Source: Podarcis filfolensis (Eukaryota). Taken from it: a stretch of 64,000 nucleotides of DNA. The notes below the pieces were generated by a model. The model did no database searches. It worked only from the letters and a program-made list of their open reading frames with translations, and was not told the DNA's origin. Positions 52,067 to 64,000 of the stretch are shown here, one piece after another (positions within the stretch are counted from its first letter, which is position 1; each line of letters begins with the position of its first letter). Location: NCBI GenBank assembly GCA_964270895.1, contig OZ185445.1; one strand, written 5' to 3'. A program made the position numbers and the translations under genes.

Positions 52067-54496
52067 TCACTGGCTTTTTATATTTTGATAGATACATTCG
52101 GTTAACTATTTAACCAAGAAAAAATTAAGCACATGTGCACACACACATTTTTACAAATCTTAATATATGTCTAGTATAGGCCATATTTTACAAGTTAATT
52201 ATAGTTGTAATTCATCTTATAAAAATAATATTAAGGGGCTGCTAAGGCAATTCTGCTGGGTTGCCATAGAGATAGACCTGAGGTGCATTACCAAGGTAAT
52301 ATGTGTATAACAAGCAATTGGCCACAACACTTTCTGCTCCATCTACAGAATCCTAGTATAGCATGGATTTGCAGTGTAGTTTAGGAGATAGGAATATTGG
52401 TCACAGTTATCAGACAGATAAAAATTTCATGGAGAGTCTAGATAATATTACATTACTGTCCTTTGGATGAGGTGGGAAAGAAATGTAAATTTCAAAGAGG
52501 AGATTCAAAGGCTGCCTGACAATAAGAAATTGCCAACACACTCAAGAAGACTTGAGACAAGAAAGATGGGCAGCAAGTTATATTTATTAAAATATAACAA
52601 CTATAGAATCTGGCCATCAGAATAATTCAACCAAAAGTAGCCAAAACCAATGAGATCTGGGTGGTGAGGTACATTTATGGGAATATTCCAACTTTCCCAT
52701 CTCCTGATCCAGCTGCCAGCTGTACACTGTGATCCTGCATAAAGGTCTAATGATATTCTTCCCCCTCACTGCATAGTCCTTGGGTATATGAACCTGACAT
52801 GCACACTGTGACCCCGTTGGTCATTTTTCACCCCAGTGCGCCAGACAGGCCCAAGCACCACTCTGTCAGATATTTTCCAAAATCCACTCACCCACCCGGA
52901 CCAAATGCCAATTAGCCAGATTCAAACAAAACGCCACTCCAGTCACACAGACAACACCCAACAGTGTGAAGTAGGCAAAAAAGATGTGACATGGGCCAAT
53001 TAGTGTCACCCAGAAAATTCCTACTCAGTCACTGCAATGAAAGCAACTAGCAGAGCCCACACTGCAAAAGGGGCAGCAGGGTGGGAGCCTCAGTGAAAAG
53101 AGGGGAGAGTATGGGGTGTAGGGGGCTTAAATAGGCTGATCTCCACTTCTCCCCCATAGCGCGAGTCACCCCACATGGTTGCCCACATTACCACTTTGGG
53201 AGAGTCCATCTCTTCTTGCATACGGGGAAGAAACAGAATTTGGTGGGGCAATTAGCATCTTTTTTTACATTCTTGACAGAATTCACTTTGTCTGGGCAGC
53301 CTTATAGCATAGCTGGATAGATTCCACTTGTTCTGAGATAATTTAATTGATTAACAAGCAGTTCAACAGCAGAGAGACAAAAGATAGTGGTGTTGTGTAG
53401 TGTTTTTTCCAGAAATAATTGCGTGAGCTTTCCTGACTTGAATGACTTTCAACAGGCAGAAATATGTTATTGATCAGTTTAAGACAACAGGTGGATATAT
53501 ACACATGCAGAATACATACGTACCTTGCTACTTTCCTAACAGAAGTTTTGATAATACTTAGGTAAGGTGAGACTCTCACATTGCCATGTGACGGTCCTTG
53601 TTCTGATGAGAAGTTGTCATAGGTTCATATATTCTAAAACCCACTTTTAAGAATTAAGCAGGTTTGTACAATCTGTGAAACTAAATATTCCAAACCAGAT
53701 TTATGCATATCAAGTGCACCTTCATACAAGACTAATAGGGGATTTTTTCAGCATGTTGCCACACAGTGTTATTAACCAGATAGCATTCTAAAATAATGTA
53801 CTTAAAAACATTATCTTTTTTGCCACAATAAAAAAAGAAAATTTTTGAAAGATCTGGAATGGATCTTTAATGTTTTCGTTTGTGTGGCCTGTGCTCAATC
53901 ATCGTCCAGGTTTCTGTGTGTGCATGCTCATAACTCCTGCATTTACTGGCTGGAGGAACATGCGAGTTTGTAATCAAAGCCACAAAATTTGAGCACAGCA
54001 TCCCACCATTCATGTGGAAAGAAAAACCCAGCAATCTTTAATAAGAGTGACATGTGACCAAAGGTTCAGACCACACAATCACAACTACAAACTCACTCTT
54101 AAAAATGTCATGTCAAATGGCAACTCTAGGTTGGGAATAAATATGATAAAAGCAAGAAGTCCTTTAAAAAGTAGCCTCCTATGAGGAAAAACCACACATG
54201 CAGTACCCTTAGATATTTCTTCATAAAGAAAAAGTCAGTCAGAGTACCCTCATGTTTGAAAACAAAGCTTTTAATAGAACAAGAATTCTGTTATAGAGGA
54301 GTGGGTGGGAGGAGCTCTTTGGTTATGGATCCACTAACCCATCTGACCAGTGGAAAAACTGCTTTGGTTCTTGGTTTTCATCTTCCACTGTCGCCCCCCC
54401 CCCTTGGTACGAGTGAAAAATCAGAATGCAAGCTGTTATTTTTCAGGGTGCCAGATTATGTGGTGGGTTCTACACCTGCCCTTTCATGGGAGACTC

Positions 54497-54721
54497 ACCA
54501 ATACCTCTGGTTACGTACTTAATTCGTTCCGGAGGTCCATTCTTAACCTGAAACTGTTCTTGACCTGAAGCACCACTTTAGCTAGTGGGGCCTCCCGCTG
54601 CCGCCGCGCCGCTGCTACCCGATTTCTGTTCTCATCCTGAAGCAAAGTTCTTAACCCTAGGTACTATTTCTGGGTTAGTGGAGTCTGTAACCTGAAGCGT
54701 ATGTAACCCGAGGTACCACTG
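54497..54721. mobile_element. pogo/Tigger-like MITE with eroded left TIR
   Basis: Body matches the 20244 family; right end gaggtaccactg-TA. Confidence 0.85.
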
Positions 54722-55812
54722 TATGTACCTGGCATTGCGCTCTGCTGTAGAAATGAAACATGAATGTAACCCGCAAAGCAAGTCAGATACTGTTATTTCT
54801 TCCTCGTTGTGCAGTAGCCCCTCATTAGGCCTCGCTAACCTGTCTTTGATCTTGTATGAAAACTTCTGATTAGTCAAGACAGGTTGATGTGAAATGCAGG
54901 AAAGGAATGTGAACCTGTGAACGTAGTGAGTCACATCAAGAGTTTCTGAAGTGGAGGGCCTGCTTCCCAGGGGTTGCAATGCAAAAAGGCAAAGGGGCAT
55001 AGAGACTGGCAGCATCTAAGAGGCTTAAGACACACTGTCTTCTTGGGCAGGCAGTTTACCTTTTTTAATGTAGGAATATAGTGAAAATGCCACGCCTATA
55101 TACTCTCACCCTCTACCCTGAATAATTTATTGTGTCCTTTTAGTTTTGTAAATTATGATCAGTTCTTTTGGGGGGAATTTAATATTTGAAGCATTCTATT
55201 CTTTTCATCAGTTTCTGGCTTTCATTTTGTCTGGATCTACCTGGAGGGGGGGAGTAATTATGGTGCTTTTAAATTCAGTTCTATGTTTTTCAAAGGAAGT
55301 TGGCTGAATATTGTTTCTTAATTCACTGCTACTTAGGCACCTATTAAAAGGTAATAGATCAAACCTTCGTGTAATAAGGGAGAAGAGTGATTGCAACACA
55401 AGATTATCTCCCTCTCCATAGATTGCAGTCAAGTACCCTGTCCAAATTCTGATTTACTGCCCTGAAAGGCTAATCCTGCTATGCCTGTTTCACATGGAGT
55501 ATCTTTTGTTCAAATACCCCTCCACATGGTGAGAGCTGGTATTTTCTATGACAGGCTAATTCCATTTTTCAATTACCTTCCCTGAGATTTTGAACATTCT
55601 TGGAATTGTGGTGATTTTCAGCCACAACTGATTAAAACTAACAAAGCCATAATACACAAAATTGTTAGCTCTTGGTGTCAAAATGCTTGTTTCTTCTACA
55701 GTTATTCAAGAATTAATTACATTCCAGTACACTTAGTTACAACTTTACCACATGCACTCAAAATTTTATTTGTCCTTTAAATTCATACTGTGTCTTTCTT
55801 CAAAAGGACTAG

Positions 55813-55986
<174 letters not shown>

Positions 55987-57656
55987 TAGAGAAAAAGGCT
56001 TTAAAAATTGTTATTACTTGATACATTAATTTTGGGGGTTTTTTAAGCATGTATAATCAACTGTGAGAAAATATTAATTTTGAAGAATTTCTTTCCTTTC
56101 CTTTTTTTAAAATGGTAACAACAATTTCCATTTGGATACATATTCACGGAAACTGCAATCTTCACCACCTCTTATTTTACATTGTTCAAGAATGTGGGGT
56201 AGAGAAGAGATTTACTTGCATTAACGTATGTACAACATACCGTACATACAATTTAATGTACAATTTAAATATAAGTTTCAAACAAGCACCCATTTTTTAA
56301 AATGAAAAGTAGTGCCCTTGCACCTGCAAATTTATATAAATATATTGCATCCACTAACCAGTTGCTGGTATAAAATCCTCACTACAAATTCTGCCTCATC
56401 TTTAGTTTTTTAAAAACAAACTTTAAAAATAATAACTTGTTAGTGAACAGAAATCTCCACATTTTATGCGTTTTACAACCTTATTATGCTGACATTAGCT
56501 GTGCATGTTTAAAAGATTTCAAAATGTTACCATAACCTGTTTTAAAGGAGCAGACTGTTTACCATATGAAGCAGAAAGTTTCATTTTTAATCTTTTAAAA
56601 TGCCAGTTAGCTATAATGTGTTTATAACAACTTGTACAGAAACTTTTTTACGTGAACTAAAAGTAATGAATAGGTCTCCTGCTCAGTGATGTCTGGGGCA
56701 AAAGCTGAAATCCGGATTTGGGTGCATTATGCATTCTAAACATTATAACTTTTTGTTAAATTTCTTCTTAAATGTCTTTAGGAATTATAGTCTAGCTAAC
56801 AAAAGTTATTTGTCAGATCTGTGCAGTATTTCCCATCAGCTCTATTCCATTATTCATTTTTTTGCTTTAGATTCCCCCCCCCCATATAATTATATAATGT
56901 GTTTGAATGCTAGCTTTCTCTTGAAAAAGAGAGTATTTCATACTATACATACTATTTTGTTACAGATTAATGTAAAATATAGGCTGCATTCTCACACAAT
57001 AGTAAACTGAGCTTTCATATTGCAAGAACAGACCTATGATTGTTTACTAAAATAAGACATCTTCAAATTGTGGTTTATTAAACCAGTTTGTTCCAAACAA
57101 ACCATAACCAAGATTAACCACAGTTTAGGGTTTGGATGTTATCCTAAACTTTAGTTAATCAAAAATGACGAGAAAGTTCAGTCTCTTTCCTGCAGCTGCA
57201 CCAGAATGGTAGCGGGGGGGAATTCACAAGCTTTGGACTCACACACAAATGCAGCAGTGAAGTAGATAGACCACATGTTGGCTTTTGTTCCATACACAAC
57301 TTCCAAGATTTATACATTCACATTAGTTGTCAGAATCTTTTATATCCCAGTTTTACTTCTAAATGACATCTCATGCTGAAGCAAAGCAGGTGTCAATATT
57401 TGATGCAACAAGATATTTTCCATAACTTTATTCAAGGTGTACTTTGAGGCATTAATGATCAGAATTCTTAAGGCTGCACCTTTACTCAGTTTATTATGGA
57501 ATAATCTCACTGAACTTCTATTTAGGTAGGTTTGGTTATTACTGAGCTGCTACAGACTGGCCAACTCCTCAAGCTGGTCCTCCTCTTGTAGCTTACTCAT
57601 GATATAGAACACACACCTGTTTTCCATTTAAATGTGGATGGAATGCCAGTGTATAG

Positions 57657-57923
<267 letters not shown>

Positions 57924-59098
57924 TAATTTAAGGCTCCCATATGACATTTTAATACATTGGGCTTTTGAGGAGTTGTTGAGTCTATTTTGTTGTTTTTGTC
58001 TGACGTTTTATGGCTTTATGAAATCCCTGTTCACAATTCCCTCAGTCAAGGAAGAGGATGGATCCCTATCTTATCCTTTGCATAGCCATGTTAAAATAAA
58101 TGTCTATTCATTTCATGTAATTGATACTTTTATAGCGGCATACTATAACAAGCTTTGCTGAGATTACTCTTGTTTATCAAACTGTCAAGAGGAGTAACAT
58201 GGAAGTACATGATGAAAATAATAATATTTTATGTATATCACATCATTTCAGATTAGGGCAATTTCACCCATTTGTGTTCATCACATAGTGCACACTTCTA
58301 CGCTTCTGCCTCTCCCTTCCCCAACTACTCCTTCTGTGGGCGGAAATACTGTAGCCCTGGGGATGCTGGGGCTTGTAATCCTACTCACTTTCTCAGCCAA
58401 TAGCTGCCAGCAGAAGTTTTGAGGCCCTCCTTGTGGTTTCATCAAGAATTGTGGCTTGTGGCACAGTGACGCAAAACAGAGCCTTCTTGGTGGAAGTGCT
58501 CCAATTGTGGAGCTCCTTTGCTGGGAAAGTGTATTAGTCCTCTATGTTGACAACCTTTTCACCATTGGCTAAAGACACATCTGTTTATCTGGGCTTTGGG
58601 GACAAAATTAGATTTGGAACCCAAAATTTTTAGTATCACTTCCTGCTGGACTGTGTTTTGCGGGCTTTAGGTAATGTAGTTTTATATGTATTGATTAGTG
58701 TTTTCTGATGGTTGTATTTTACTACATAGGATCCTGCTTTTGGGGCGCAGCGTTGAAGAGCTAGAGAGGAAAATTAGGTCATTTGTCTCCACTAGCAGGG
58801 CCACATTCCTTGAGTAGAGCTACAGTGAGGGAAACTTCCTGACAGCAGGAAGAAATCTGTATCCAAATCACAATGTCTTTTGAACTTCTGCAATGAACCA
58901 TCCCATTTAGCTGGGTGTTTCCTTTTTCTACCATGGAGTTTTCTTTCGGCAAGATTGAATCACATTTAAATGCAAATGTGCATAGAGATAATCTAGCCTG
59001 GAAAGCACTTACCAAGGAAGTCATTATGTGTAAGGGAACTTGTTAATTTATTATATGATTTTAAACACATTAGTCATGCTTCAAGTTTGAGGCATGTA

Positions 59099-59292
59099 TA
59101 GTCATACCTTGGGTTACAGATGCTTCAGGTTGTGCGTTTTAGGAACAGGTTACTTCAGGGTTTCGGCACATGTGCAGAAGCACTAAGTTGCGCTATGTGC
59201 AGAAGTGCCGAATCGCGACCCACGCATGTGCAGGCTGCGAGTTGCCAACGTGCCTCCCGCACGGATCACGTTTGCAACCCAAGCATCCACTG
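59099..59292. mobile_element. pogo/Tigger-like MITE related to 17560 (opposite orientation)
   Basis: TA-tagtcataccttgggtt...aacccaagcatccactg-TA; gcatgtgcag motifs. Confidence 0.8.
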
Positions 59293-59341
59293 TATAACAC
59301 AACAAAGGTTGGGGGTTTTTATTTTAAAAAATCATTTCATT

Positions 59342-59389
59342 CTCCTCCTCCTCCTCCTCCTCCTCCTCCTCCTCCTTCTTCTTCTTCTT
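59342..59389. repeat. Compound (TCC)n(TTC)n microsatellite, tail of a minus-strand LINE end
   Basis: Direct read; followed by tttattgaatttatataccgccc, an L2-like 3' end on minus. Confidence 0.9.
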
Positions 59390-60899
59390 TATTGAATTTA
59401 TATACCGCCCTATACTCAGAGGTCTCAGGGCAGTTTTTTCATATTTGTTTAAGGCTGGGTGGACTTTATTTTCATGTACTCATGACTCAGTTTTGAGTCA
59501 AGAGCCTTTATGAAAATCTCAACAGAAAAGGAAAAGTGAGGACACTTTATCCTTTATCACCACTAAGAGAAGCATATGATATAGTATAACCCTACTCTGC
59601 ATTTGTTTGATCTTTTAATCTCATAATTAAATTATTAGATTAAACAATACGTGGTTGCTCTGCTGTGTTCCTTCTTCAATACTTTATTTTAAATACTTTA
59701 TAAAAAGAGGACCTCTTAATTATATTGCCTTATCCATCCCCCTCTCAATTTACTTTTTTTCTATTATTAAGAAATAATTGAATAATTGCTTTCTGAATTG
59801 CATTTGTTGGTTTCTTGAAGTGTAAGTAGTTTCATTTCAATGTATTGATGATAGAATAACTAGTTTTCATCACTTGAAACTGCCAGTCCTGGTATCACTC
59901 TATATCTAGTGTAGTGTGACAGAATGGGTTTTTCTGTATTTTCCTCTTTACATAAAAATGTAATGCTGTTGTCATGCTGCAGTTTCTGTGGCTGCCAATA
60001 GGTGGCCGTGCCAACTCCAGCATTATGACAGGGTGGCAGGCAGCCCAAATGTTTAATAGAGTGGGGATAGGGCAGTTGGGCAAATTGCTCTGTGAAGCGC
60101 CACTTCTGCTATACATGTCTGCAACAAAGTTCTGAAGTGCCTCCCCCCTCTTTTAAAAGTGGGTGGCAGTTACCAACAACCATACAAATCTGGAAACAGA
60201 AACCTTTAGCTTATTTCTCTGAAATCTCTCTATTTAGTCCCCTGTATTTTCACCCGCTTTCTCATTCTAAAGAACAATAGATATTAAGGGCTGGAGGAGT
60301 AGGGGACTTTATTGACTGAGAGAGTTCTATATAAATGGGAAATGGAACTGAAAGAGAAATTGGAAAACATCCACATCCCTTGGTTTACATGACAACAGAT
60401 TAGTGCTTTTCTACACAACAAAACTGTTGAAACCTCTGCCACATGTGATCTTTCCGATTTGGAAAATTTTATTCTCTTATTTCTTCACACTATTCAAAAG
60501 GTACAGTTAAAAGTATTATTAAAATTTTGCCCAGATATGAACCTGTTAACCAAACGAGTTTAAGAATTTCCTGGAACACAAACTTAAAATGTGACATAAC
60601 TGAAGACACTTGACTAGCATTGTGGGGGGAAATCTCCTTTTCATAATGGGATCGTTTTCCCGCAGGGCAATAACTAATACGTTGAGAGTCCTTAGTGGCC
60701 AAAAAAAAAGGATGATTTCATACCTGTTTTGTCTGGCTTTATTTCTTTTGTATGCTAGGAAGAACATGTGTTTGAGATCGTGAAAGCTGTTGCTTGTTGT
60801 GCTGGGCAAATGGACCAGTGAGCCTTTTTCTGTATAATACAACTTCAAATACATATATATGTTCATGCAAAGTAACAGCAATACAAGAATCTGTTACCT

Positions 60900-61200
60900 A
60901 ACAACAACAATCTACTCTGGGTGGATTCCATCAAAATATGAAAAACACAATAAAACATCAAACATTAAAAGCTTACCTATACAGGGCTGCCATCAGATGT
61001 CTTCTAAAAGTCATACAGTTGTTAATCCGTTTGACATCTCATGGGAGAGTATTCCATAGGGTGAGTGCCTCTACCGAGTACCAATATATCACCCAGGACT
61101 GGTATGAGGAGCAGACCACAACGTCGGCAGTATATCTTGACTTCTTGACTTCCTCTAGTGGGTGCTGCTAGCAGAGGGACTCAGGAGTAGCAGCAGTTTC
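60900..61200 (-). mobile_element. L2 3' end
   Basis: Minus strand LWNTLP.DVKRINNCMTFRRHL.AALYR then tttaatgtttgatgttttat 3' UTR. Confidence 0.75.
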
Positions 61201-61374
61201 ACCAGTGATACACCGTTGAGTGAAACTGCCACCCCACTCTGCCCTCATATGGCACAGAAGGAGAAACAAGCTGCATCACTGAGGCGCCGATACATCATGT
61301 TCCTCCCTCTGCATCTTTAAACTGCTCGGCTGTGGGGTGCGCGGTTGCCACTCCCCTCAGACGAGCAGTTAAAG

Positions 61375-61510
61375 CAGAGGTTCTCAAACTTGGGTCTCCA
61401 GCTGTTATTGGACAACAGTTGCCATCATCCCTGACCACTGGCCCTGCTAGCAAGGGATGATGGGAGTTGTAGTCCCCAAACAGCTGGGGACCCAAGTTTG
61501 GGAAACCCAG
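61375..61510. mobile_element. hAT (Charlie-like) MITE
   Basis: Exact 8-bp TSD agttaaag at 61367-61374 and 61511-61518; TIR-like caga/ggttctcaaactt / aagtttgggaaacc. Confidence 0.88.
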
Positions 61511-61974
61511 AGTTAAAGGATACCTCAGCCCAGCACTGGCTCCCGTAAGCCAGCGGCAAGGTTGGGGCTCTGTGAAACTGCTCAGCTGAGGGGAGCACGC
61601 CAAGCAATTAAAGAAGCCCCCAGCCAGGCTTGCACGTGAGCGGGAGGAGCACCAGGGCTGGCTCAGCTGGGGATCGGGAGCCCTCCCGTGCCCCAGTTGA
61701 GCCGTGCAAACAAGCTGCTTTGTCCCTGTCTGTGAGGCACTGAGGTGAAACTCTCCCCGCAGTGAGAGCTGAGGCAGTTTCACCTGGCACCTTGCGAGCT
61801 GAGGCCAATGCAGCTTGTTTTTTCAGTATCACAGTATATCACCAGACCGTGATGTTTGGCTGATGATACACCACAATGTTGCAAAGCTGGTATCACCCAG
61901 CCCTCCTACCAAGAAGGCCGTCTGCCTGATTCGCTGTAACTTCACTTTTCACATTGAGAGAACCTGTCAGAAGG

Positions 61975-62430
61975 CCCTTGGAACTAGACCTCAGTGTCCA
62001 GGCTGAATGATGAGGGTGGAGATGCTTCTTCAGGACCTGGGTTGTTTAGGCCTTTAAAGGTCAGTACCAACACTTTGAATTGTGCTCAGAAATGTACCAG
62101 GAGCCAATGTTGATCCTTTAGGACCAGTGTCATATGGTCCCAGTGGCCACTCCCAATCACCAGTCTAGTTGCTGCATTCTGGATTAGTTGTAGTTTCCGA
62201 GTCACCTTGAAAGGTAGCCCCACATAGAGCCCATTGAAGTAATCTGAGTGGGAAATATGCAGAGCATGCACCACTCTACTCTGGTGAGACTCTACTCTAG
62301 TGTGCAAGCAGGTAGGGTTTCAGCTGGTGTACCTTGTGGAGCTGGTAGACAGCTTCACTGGACACAGAATTAACCTGTGCCTCCATGGACAGCTGTGAGT
62401 CTAAAATGACCCCCAGGCTGTGCACCTGGT
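61975..62430 (-). mobile_element. L2 ORF2 C-terminal fragment
   Basis: VVHALHISHSDYFNGLYVGLPFKVTRKLQLIQNAATRLV...DHMTLVLKDQHWL. Confidence 0.85.
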
Positions 62431-63494
62431 CCTTTGGATCTCAAAGTTGTTAATAAAGGAAGACCTCCTGGCTCAAGACTGTGTTAGTACTTCGGGTTGT
62501 TCGTTGCCCGTAACCTGATAATGCACTTCAAATTTTTCTTTGCTCTGTGACTCTTGGTGAAATATTCAGTTCTCTATTACCCTAGTTGTAAGGCCCACAA
62601 ATCTTAATGGGACATACTTTTGTTCAATATAGATGTACAGTGAAAATGCTTAATGCTAAAGAACGAAAGTAGCAAGCTTTTACTGGCTTATGTTTGGCAT
62701 ACTGTGAACAATTGAATGATTCTTAGGTGACAGAATACCAGGTGTGTTCAGTTCATTAATTTCACTGGTACTTGGAATAGCTAAAATTACATCATTTTGT
62801 AGAATATTATTACTCTCAATAGAGAGAAGCATAAAGGATTCAGACATTTTGCACTGAGTGATTTAAAGCTTATTCAAATCCAAAATTATCCTGATCAGAA
62901 AAGGCAAGATAACTGAAATATTGGAGTGTACTGAGAAGTATATGCTACTATTGTGTGGTTTGCATGTTTGTGGGGGCAGAATTGTGTGTGTGTGTGCACG
63001 CGCGCAAATAAAATTTGCCATTTTCACTCATAAATTTCAGATTTCACAAATTTATGCAAGTACAAGGAGCAATTTACCTGTTTGAATAACTGAATTCATG
63101 TGAATGCCTACTGTACAAAGTAGTTTAATTCTTTTTATTTCCTCAAGGATTCAGTTTATCCTTTAGGATAATATAGGATACATACACACATGACAGATAT
63201 TAGTTGTAACAAAATATTATAGCTAACGAGTAGTGTACTTTGGATTTAAATGAGTTTGCTTACACCATTATGTTGTGATGAATGTGACAAGCTAAAGTTA
63301 AAACAGGAGTATGAAAATGTTGATGTGTAAATGTCTGTCTAAATGGGTCCCAACCCAACCCAAATTCTTCTTTCAGTATTGAGAGAAGTTTTGGTATGCA
63401 ACAGATACCAGATTAGCAGGTATCCACCTAGTGGATTACAAATAATTGTGGCCGAAACAAAACAAAACAAAACAAATAAAAATAAATCAAAAAA

Positions 63495-63700
63495 TTCCTT
63501 CCAGTAGCACCTTAGAGAGCAACTAAGTTAGTTATTGGTATGAGTTTTCGTGTGCATGCACACTTCTTCAGATACACTGAAACAGAAGTCACCAGACCCT
63601 TATATATAGTGAGAGGGTGGGGAGGGATATTACTCAGAAGTGTGGTGGGAATGGGTGATAGGCTGATAGGTGTGGTAAACCTGTTGACTTAACGACTGCC
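63495..63700 (-). mobile_element. Penelope-like element pseudo-LTR remnant
   Basis: ccttccagtagcaccttagaga.caactaag...gtgtgcatgcacacttcttcagatac resembles recalled reptile Penelope termini. Confidence 0.7.
63538..63575 (-). ncRNA. Minimal type I hammerhead ribozyme motif
   Basis: Minus strand GUAU-CUGAAGA-A-GUGUGCAUGCACAC-GAAA-ACUC-AUAC: core boxes, palindromic stem II, stem I GUAU/AUAC, UC cleavage site. Confidence 0.7.
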
Positions 63701-64000
63701 TTATAAGAAAAAGCAAGGAGTGAGTTGGCTAAAAATAAGGGTGGCGTTTAATTTATGCTACTTGAACACTAGATGGTGCTATAATCCTCTGGATTATAGT
63801 ATAAATATCTGGATTAACCTCCATTCAGTTTAGTGTTGTATCAAAAGATTTATCAGTCTCTCATCAGTTAACGAAAAAAGAAAATGCATTCAGAAATTAT
63901 CCAAGGGGACAAATAATTCTGTGATAGTCTCACGGCTTAAGTGCTGGGTGCTAGTTGCATTGAAACTTTAGGATGCAACAGATATGGTTGTGCTTTCTTT

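Noticed and set aside
51849-52097. ORFs spanning the N-run
   Set aside because: Artefact of the assembly gap.
59120-59496. Poly-Leu and poly-Pro ORFs
   Set aside because: Translation of a MITE plus the (TCC)n microsatellite.

Overview
Vertebrate intronic DNA, most likely from a squamate reptile (lacertid-like; inferred from Sauria SINEs, Bov-B, CR1/L2/L1 and Penelope content). The only host gene is a Gq-class G-protein alpha subunit on the + strand. Four canonical GT-AG exons (185, 155, 129 and 130 bp) match GNAQ exons 2-5. Exons 1, 6 and 7 were not found in the window. The rest is intron densely filled with transposable elements. These include about 14 TA-flanked pogo/Tigger-like MITEs, mariner-like and hAT-like MITEs, SINEs, LINE fragments, a solo LTR and a Penelope remnant. 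Most notable: a complete 1.7-kb non-coding L1-type retroelement with an 18-bp TSD and a CpG-rich promoter-like head; a TSD-flanked insert with an unidentified open frame nested in an L1; a minimal hammerhead ribozyme motif in the Penelope remnant; a MITE duplicated together with about 87 bp of flank 31 kb away; and a 62-bp perfect palindrome. No prokaryote-type system (CRISPR, operon) is present. Family names come from recalled consensus features, not database searches.
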